Virus record (IMG/VR): IMGVR_UViG_3300045988_177154
Span: 96,001-160,000 of that record
Origin: a virus
Length of the DNA stretch: 64,000 bases
Strand: one strand, 5' to 3'
Translations under genes and position numbers: made by a program
Shown: positions 58,728-64,000 of the stretch, piece after piece
Numbering within the stretch: position 1 is the stretch's first letter
Layout of the letters: every line of letters starts with the position of its first letter
The notes under the pieces: generated by a model
The model's database searches: none
Told to the model about the DNA's origin: nothing
Seen by the model: the letters and a program-made list of their open reading frames with translations, nothing else

Positions 58728-59051
58728 ATGGAAAAATATCTGATTGAAATTTTTGGAATCTATGGTAAAGGTGACGCTGATAAAGAAGTAGAAAGCTTTG
58801 TTATAAATTCCATTGATGAACTTGAAGAAACTATGGAAGGTTATGAATGGCTTTGTAGTGATGGCGGTAAATCTGATTACCAAAGATTCGTTAAAGGAGA
58901 AATCACAACTGCCACATTCCCTCACTATGGTGATTGGGACGAACCTGACGACTATGAAATTGTTCGAACTTCATACAAAGAAAAACTAGAACAAATTGAA
59001 AAAGAGTACAAAGATAAAAAAGAAGAATTGAATAAACGCTTTGGAAACTAA
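58728..59051 (+). CDS. small acidic protein, paralog family E member 3
   Basis: Motifs MEKYLIEIFG, SDYQRFVKGEITTATFP, GDWDEP, TSYKEKLEQIEKEY. Confidence 0.7.
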   Translation: MEKYLIEIFGIYGKGDADKEVESFVINSIDELEETMEGYEWLCSDGGKSDYQRFVKGEITTATFPHYGDWDEPDDYEIVRTSYKEKLEQIEKEYKDKKEELNKRFGN

Positions 59052-59085
59052 AGGAAGAAAGATAAAACTTTCTTCCCTTTCTTTT
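59051..59085 (+). terminator. intrinsic terminator
   Basis: aaggaagaaag-ataaaa-ctttcttcc, then ctttctttt. Confidence 0.7.
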
Positions 59086-59131
59086 GATTGATATATAAAT
59101 AAAAATTTTAAAATAAAAGAGGCTTTTTACT

Positions 59132-59830
59132 ATGAAAACTTTTGATTTTAAAGGGAACGCAATCACAAATAATTATACTTTAAGTGATTACTTCTCTACC
59201 ATCTATACTAAGATGTTTATTGGCTTGATTATTACAGCCTTAGTATCTTATATGCTTCCATTAGCATTGCCAGGATTGTTTGTTACAATCGTACACAATT
59301 ATAAAATCGTAGCAATACTTTCATTATTTGTTGAATTAGGAGTAATATTCTATATTGCAAAAGCTATGAAAGATAATACTAAGAATTTGACTCCATGGTT
59401 CTATTTCTATTCATTCGTGAATGGAATTACAATGAGTGTTATCTTAGCATTTTCTAATCCAGTTACAGTAGCTGTTACTTTCTTAATTACTGCAGTTCTA
59501 TTTGGAACACTTGCTTTCATTGGAAGAACAACTAAGAAAGATTTATCTGGTATTGGTAAATTTGCTATTGCAACATTGCTTGGTTTAATCATTGCTACAT
59601 TAGTTAATATTTTCTTACATAATACTATGTTAGATTATATTATTACTTATCTTGGTGTAATTGTTTTCTCTGCTTTGATTGCTTATGACAATCAAAAAAT
59701 TCAAAAAGGATTTGCAAGAGTAAATCAAGATAATTATAATAATGTTACTACTTGGCATGCTCTTGATTTATACCTAGACTTTATCAACCTATTCTTATAC
59801 ATTTTAAGAATTTTGGGCAAAAACAAATAA
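59132..59830 (+). CDS. BAX inhibitor-1 / YccA family membrane protein
   Basis: Seven TM segments and the C-terminal signature ALDLYLDFINLFLYILRILG. Confidence 0.85.
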   Translation: MKTFDFKGNAITNNYTLSDYFSTIYTKMFIGLIITALVSYMLPLALPGLFVTIVHNYKIVAILSLFVELGVIFYIAKAMKDNTKNLTPWFYFYSFVNGITMSVILAFSNPVTVAVTFLITAVLFGTLAFIGRTTKKDLSGIGKFAIATLLGLIIATLVNIFLHNTMLDYIITYLGVIVFSALIAYDNQKIQKGFARVNQDNYNNVTTWHALDLYLDFINLFLYILRILGKNK

Positions 59831-59945
59831 ACTGCAGTCTGAGCTGTTTTATCAATGGTTAGGGTTAACTATCAAAAATAACTCCAAACTGTTGCTAAAA
59901 CAGCTTTTCAGCGTTTAGCAACAATACTAATAACGATATACAAAA
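59831..59945 (-). repeat. dispersed intergenic repeat, copy 8 (degenerate)
   Basis: Starts gagctgttttatcaatgg and ends aacgatatacaaaat, like copy 6. The centre is diverged. Confidence 0.5.
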
Positions 59946-59970
59946 TAAAAATTTCAAAGAGGTATTTTTA

Positions 59971-60909
59971 ATGAGTCAAATGCACATTGGAAGTAGAGGT
60001 GTGCCTATGAAATGTGTGGCACAACCAGGCAAATGCCCGAAAGCACCAGGTATTGGGCACTTTGAGAAAGTGGAACAAGCTCAAGAATTTGCAGACCGCT
60101 TAAACGAATTAGAAGCGAACGGGTTTACTTATAAAGATGTTCCAAAAGAAGATATTAGCAAGCTTGATAATGCACAACTAATCCTTGTTCAAAAGGAATT
60201 GAATGCTCACAAATCGGAATATGAAGATTACAAGCAACGTATCAAATGGCGTAAGGAAGTTAGGTCAAAAGCCCAACGTGAAATGAAATCTATTATTGAT
60301 GATAATAATAGTCAAATTGCAAGAGTAGTACAAGCTAATAATTTAACTGCACAAGCTCGTAGAGCATGGAAAAATGCAGAGGGTGAAGAAAGAAAAGCTG
60401 CTTATACTCAATATAAAGAAGCATTAGCAAATAGTAATGCTATCTATCAAGAAGCAAGTGAAATCACAAAAACTAATCAAGAAAATTTTGCTAAATTAGT
60501 AGATAAGAAAGAGAAAGCAGAAACAGAGCTACAAGAATTTATGGAAGCAAGAGCTGTTCAATCAAGTGAAAAGAATTATGCTATTAACGTAGATGCTGAA
60601 GTAGATAAACGTGAAATGGAGAAAATTGAAGGCTCAGTGGAATCGTCTAAAGAGGAAGCTCCTAAAAGTAGCCAAAGTAGCAGAGTGCTTAATGAGAAAC
60701 AAATGAAATTAGTAAGCAGATTGCTAGAAACAGCAGGGCTTGACAAAAAATTAGCAAAAGGATTACAAGAAAATTCTACAAAAGATGCTCCATTACACAA
60801 TCGAGCTGGAAAACATATTGGTCATGAATATGTTTACGAAATGCCAGATTATACTGCAGTCATTCAAGTAGATAAGAAAAATACTATCCAAGATTTCATG
60901 TACTATTAA
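59971..60909 (+). CDS. hypothetical protein (312 aa; Cys-containing N-terminus, long coiled-coil)
   Basis: RBS aaagaggt upstream. N-terminus GVPMKCVAQPGKCPKAPGIGHF. Confidence 0.75.
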   Translation: MSQMHIGSRGVPMKCVAQPGKCPKAPGIGHFEKVEQAQEFADRLNELEANGFTYKDVPKEDISKLDNAQLILVQKELNAHKSEYEDYKQRIKWRKEVRSKAQREMKSIIDDNNSQIARVVQANNLTAQARRAWKNAEGEERKAAYTQYKEALANSNAIYQEASEITKTNQENFAKLVDKKEKAETELQEFMEARAVQSSEKNYAINVDAEVDKREMEKIEGSVESSKEEAPKSSQSSRVLNEKQMKLVSRLLETAGLDKKLAKGLQENSTKDAPLHNRAGKHIGHEYVYEMPDYTAVIQVDKKNTIQDFMYY

Positions 60910-60938
60910 AAGAGGTGTTTTCACCTCTTTTATTTTTT
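60908..60938 (+). terminator. intrinsic terminator
   Basis: aaagaggtg-tttt-cacctcttt plus a T-run. Confidence 0.8.
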
Positions 60939-61028
60939 GGAATAATATAACTATAAGAGTTGAAAAAGATATTTAAACTCATTAAATCATGCTTAAGAAA
61001 TTAAGCTATATTAAAGGAGAAAAAGATT

Positions 61029-61925
61029 ATGCCCTTTTTTATAATTTTTTTAATTATTGCTATTGCAGTACTTGCATTTTTCTTCTCAACTTACTACATT
61101 GTACCACAAGGAAGTGTAGCAATTGTTGAAAGATTAGGTAAATACCACAAAACTTCAACAGCTGGTTTACATTTCTGTTTGCCTTTAGGAATTGATAAAG
61201 TTGCTATTAAATTACCACTTCGTATGCAACAAGAAGAAATGGCAGTAGAAACAAAAACTAAAGATAATGTGTTCGTAGTTATGGCTATTGCTACACAATA
61301 CAGAGTTTCAGAAAATAATGTAACAGATGCTTTCTATAAATTGCTTCGTCCTAAAGCACAAATTCAATCTTACATTGAAGATGCTTTAAGAAACGCTGTT
61401 CCAAAATTAACTCTTGATGAACTTTTTGAAAAGAAAGATGAAATCGCTCTTGAAGTTCAAAAACAAGTTGCTGAAGAAATGTCAACATACGGTTACATAA
61501 TTGTTAAAACACTTATTACAAGAGTTGAACCTGACGCTGAAGTTAAACAATCAATGAACGAAATCAACGCAGCTCAACGTAAAAGAATGGCTGCTCAAGA
61601 ATTAGCAGAAGCAGATAAAATTAAAATTGTTACTGCAGCTGAAGCAGAAGCAGAAAAAGATAGATTACATGGTGTTGGTATTGCGAACCAACGTAAAGCT
61701 ATTGTTGATGGTTTAGCAGAATCTGTAAAAGAATTAAAAGACTCTAATATGCAATTAACTGAAGAATCAATTATGAGTATTCTATTAGTCAACCAATACT
61801 TAGACAGTTTAAATAATTTTGCCAAAGGAAATAACAGTACTATCTTCTTACCTTCAAATCCTACTGGAATTGAAGATATTAGAACTCAAATGCTAAGTGC
61901 ATTAGCAACAGATAAAAATAAATAA
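61029..61925 (+). CDS. SPFH / band-7 (stomatin-prohibitin-flotillin-HflK/C) domain protein
   Basis: N-terminal TM helix. YIVPQGSVAIVERLGKY, then an A/E-rich coiled-coil AAQELAEADKIKIVTAAEAEAEKDRL. Confidence 0.85.
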   Translation: MPFFIIFLIIAIAVLAFFFSTYYIVPQGSVAIVERLGKYHKTSTAGLHFCLPLGIDKVAIKLPLRMQQEEMAVETKTKDNVFVVMAIATQYRVSENNVTDAFYKLLRPKAQIQSYIEDALRNAVPKLTLDELFEKKDEIALEVQKQVAEEMSTYGYIIVKTLITRVEPDAEVKQSMNEINAAQRKRMAAQELAEADKIKIVTAAEAEAEKDRLHGVGIANQRKAIVDGLAESVKELKDSNMQLTEESIMSILLVNQYLDSLNNFAKGNNSTIFLPSNPTGIEDIRTQMLSALATDKNK

Positions 61926-61934
61926 AATTTTAGA

Positions 61935-61962
61935 AAAAGCACAAAAAATTGTGCTTTTTTCT
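61935..61962 (+). terminator. intrinsic terminator
   Basis: aaaagcacaa-aaaa-ttgtgctttt plus tt. Confidence 0.75.
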
Positions 61963-62025
61963 TAGTTTAGCTTAGAAAGTGGAATAATATATAATAAAGA
62001 ACTCAAAATAGAAAGAATTGGTAAT

Positions 62026-62985
62026 ATGAAAAATTATAAATTATTCCAACAATTAACTGAAGAACAAAAGACTAAATATGTAGTAACTTCAAAATCTACG
62101 GACAATTATCCACATTTGTATAGTCCATCAAATTCTTCTTCACAATCAAGATATTTCTCTGAACGTATTGAAGGTGGGATGGGTGCAACTTTAAAAAGGG
62201 ATATTTGCCGTTATGCTATTTTCTTAACTCGAGGAAAATGTGCTTATTGTGGAGATACACTTATCAATTTAAAAAATGGTGAGAAATATGGAAGTAAAGA
62301 TTTGAATTGGGACCATATTAAACCAGCTTCAAAATGTAACATTCTAACTTATGGAAATGTATTGCTTTCATGTTCCGATTGTAACATTAAGAAAAGTGAT
62401 AAAGATACATTAACTTGGTTCAAAGAACAATTAGACAATGATGAGTTCCCTAATGCTTTGTTTACTTATAAAGAATTTGAAACTCTATTAAAACAAGAAT
62501 TTGAACAATATGCAAAAGATTATCCTTGGGCTAAATTAGTCAACTCAGACTACTTCCACAGCCCAAAAAACAATGATGAAAGAGATTTGACTCTTATAGC
62601 AATTCTTCAAGGAATGGGAATTTCCATTTTCCCTCCAATTTCTGTAAACAATTACAGGTGTTCAGCTGTCTTTAAGAATGAGCTTAATATTTTAATTGAA
62701 AAAGTTCCAGAGATTGCCAAACCTGAAAATTTCAAACTTGCAGAAAGATATTTCTTCAACAATTTTGGATATACTGAAACATTTCTGAAAGAAGATTTAA
62801 TCGACTCATTATTAGATTATAATAATTTTATTTTTGCATTTGAAGTGTTTCTTTCAAATCTTAATCAACACACTTATTCTAAAGTAAAAAAATTTGCTGA
62901 AACTATTATCGAATATTACTTCAAAAAAGATTATAAATTTCCAAGTTATAAAAAACGAATTATTTATTTGAAAGACATTGATTAA
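62026..62985 (+). CDS. HNH endonuclease with long C-terminal extension
   Basis: Motifs CAYCGDTL, NWDHIKPASK, CSDCNIKKSDK. Confidence 0.8.
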   Translation: MKNYKLFQQLTEEQKTKYVVTSKSTDNYPHLYSPSNSSSQSRYFSERIEGGMGATLKRDICRYAIFLTRGKCAYCGDTLINLKNGEKYGSKDLNWDHIKPASKCNILTYGNVLLSCSDCNIKKSDKDTLTWFKEQLDNDEFPNALFTYKEFETLLKQEFEQYAKDYPWAKLVNSDYFHSPKNNDERDLTLIAILQGMGISIFPPISVNNYRCSAVFKNELNILIEKVPEIAKPENFKLAERYFFNNFGYTETFLKEDLIDSLLDYNNFIFAFEVFLSNLNQHTYSKVKKFAETIIEYYFKKDYKFPSYKKRIIYLKDID

Positions 62986-63016
62986 GAGTACTTATATAAG
63001 TGCTCTTTTCTCTTTT
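62986..63016 (+). terminator. intrinsic terminator
   Basis: agagtactt-atat-aagtgctct plus tttctctttt. Confidence 0.65.
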
Positions 63017-63018
63017 AT

Positions 63019-63047
63019 TTGACTATTTAAGAAAAATATTGTATAAT
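63019..63047 (+). promoter_or_regulatory. sigma-A type promoter
   Basis: TTGACT 63019-63024, 17-nt spacer, TATAAT 63042-63047. Confidence 0.75.
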
Positions 63048-63076
63048 AACTTAAATAACCTTTAGAAAGGGTAACA

Positions 63077-63430
63077 ATGGACGATAAAAACATTTTACTT
63101 ATAGAGATTATAAGTACTTTATTCGTGGCTAAACTCGTTGAACAAAAAATGTTAAATAGAACAGAGATTAAAGATTCATTTGAAGCTTTAGTTGATTATC
63201 AAAATGAATTATATGGAGCAGATTATGAAATTATATTAGATGAAAAAGATTGCTCGTTAAATCTACATTCATATTTAGATAGCATTAAAATCACTGCTAG
63301 ACTCATCAACCAGTTAATTCCCTTAACTCAAAAAGAAGAAGATAAGCACTTCCTTAGACAAATTAAATGGAATTTTGCTGACGAAGTTAAGTTTATTAAA
63401 AGCACCTTAAAAAATCAATTGGGTGAATAA
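63077..63430 (+). CDS. hypothetical protein (117 aa)
   Basis: RBS aaagggt upstream. Confidence 0.7.
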   Translation: MDDKNILLIEIISTLFVAKLVEQKMLNRTEIKDSFEALVDYQNELYGADYEIILDEKDCSLNLHSYLDSIKITARLINQLIPLTQKEEDKHFLRQIKWNFADEVKFIKSTLKNQLGE

Positions 63431-63545
63431 CGCTAAATCAGTTTAAGGGTTGTTATATCGTCATATAAGCAACGCTAAAACAGTTAAAATTAACTTTCGA
63501 TACATTTATCGACTTTGAAGTAAAACAGCTCAAAACAGCTTAAAC
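63431..63545 (+). repeat. dispersed intergenic repeat, copy 9
   Basis: Contains gttgttatatcgtcatataagcaacgctaaaacagttaaaa, tcgatacatttatcga and cagctcaaaacagcttaaa. Confidence 0.85.
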
Positions 63546-63566
63546 TTAAATAGAAAAGAGAATAAA

Positions 63567-64000
63567 ATGAAAAAACAAATTGCAGCCTTTTTTGACATTG
63601 ACGGAACAATTTATAGAGACTCATTAGTAACAGAGCTTTATAAAAAATTGCTTAAATATGAAATCATTCCACAAGAGGAATATATTAAACAAGTTAAAGA
63701 ACCATTAACTGCTTGGAAAAATCGCCAAGTTAGTTATGAAGATTATTTAGAAGCACTTACTGAAAACTTCTCAACAACAATTAAAGGATTAACTAAGGCT
63801 CAGATTGATTTTGTTACTGACCAAGTAATGAAATTAAGCTCAGATAAAGTTTATACTTATACTCGTGATAAAATCAATAATCATAAAGAACAAGGACATA
63901 TGGTTATCTTTATTTCAGGTTCGCCAGATTTTATTGTATCACGCATGGGAGAAAAATATAATGCTGATTTGGCAATTGGCTCTGGTTATGAATTTAAGAA
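63567..64000 (+). CDS. HAD-superfamily hydrolase (subfamily IB / SerB-like), 3' end beyond the window
   Basis: Motif I IAAFFDIDGTIYRDS, followed by a cap-domain-like helical segment. The ORF is open to the window end. Confidence 0.75.
   Translation, partial: MKKQIAAFFDIDGTIYRDSLVTELYKKLLKYEIIPQEEYIKQVKEPLTAWKNRQVSYEDYLEALTENFSTTIKGLTKAQIDFVTDQVMKLSSDKVYTYTRDKINNHKEQGHMVIFISGSPDFIVSRMGEKYNADLAIGSGYEFK

Overview
Visibly AT-rich, low-GC Firmicutes-style DNA with about 85 genes, all but three on the + strand. Genes sit in short operons, each preceded by a near-consensus sigma-A promoter (TTGACA-17-TATAAT, often TG-extended) and closed by an intrinsic terminator. No virion-structural, ribosomal or core replication genes are recognisable. 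Most ORFs are orphans, and five orphan families are expanded into tandem paralog arrays. My inference is that this is the early/accessory region of a very large (jumbo-type) virulent phage or phage-like element of a Lactobacillales-like Gram-positive host. Main content: (1) A 5.4-kb tRNA island (1-5464) holds 16 canonical tRNAs (one cut by the window edge) and one tRNA-like gene with an 8-nt anticodon loop; one more tRNA (Cys) lies at 31145. None encodes CCA. The island is interleaved with four ORF-free, hairpin- and GNRA-loop-rich blocks of about 850, 410, 410 and 350 nt, which I read as large structured RNAs (GOLLD/ROOL-like or new). It also has an internal promoter, small ORF and attenuator-like terminator ahead of the second tRNA operon. 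(2) A tRNA/RNA maturation and repair toolkit: CCA-adding enzyme, Thg1-like 3'-5' nucleotidyltransferase, metallophosphoesterase, DEDDh exonuclease, RNA ligase, a receiver-like domain and YqeY. (3) Three different ADP-ribose-removing enzyme families: NADAR, macro and ARH. (4) Gram-positive envelope enzymes that are unusual for a phage: LCP ligase, PASTA protein plus class A PBP, sortase B, signal peptidase I, a secreted glycosidase-like protein and a lipoprotein. There are also MscS, BI-1 and SPFH membrane proteins. (5) Metabolic and expression genes: pyruvate formate-lyase (no activase in the window), DHFR, GreA, a CDP-glucose-dehydratase-like SDR and a GT-B-like protein. (6) A solo tnpB with a structured 3' flank. 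(7) A roughly 110-nt palindrome-containing intergenic repeat present at least 9 times in both orientations. All functional calls come from motif recognition by eye; no database search was run.
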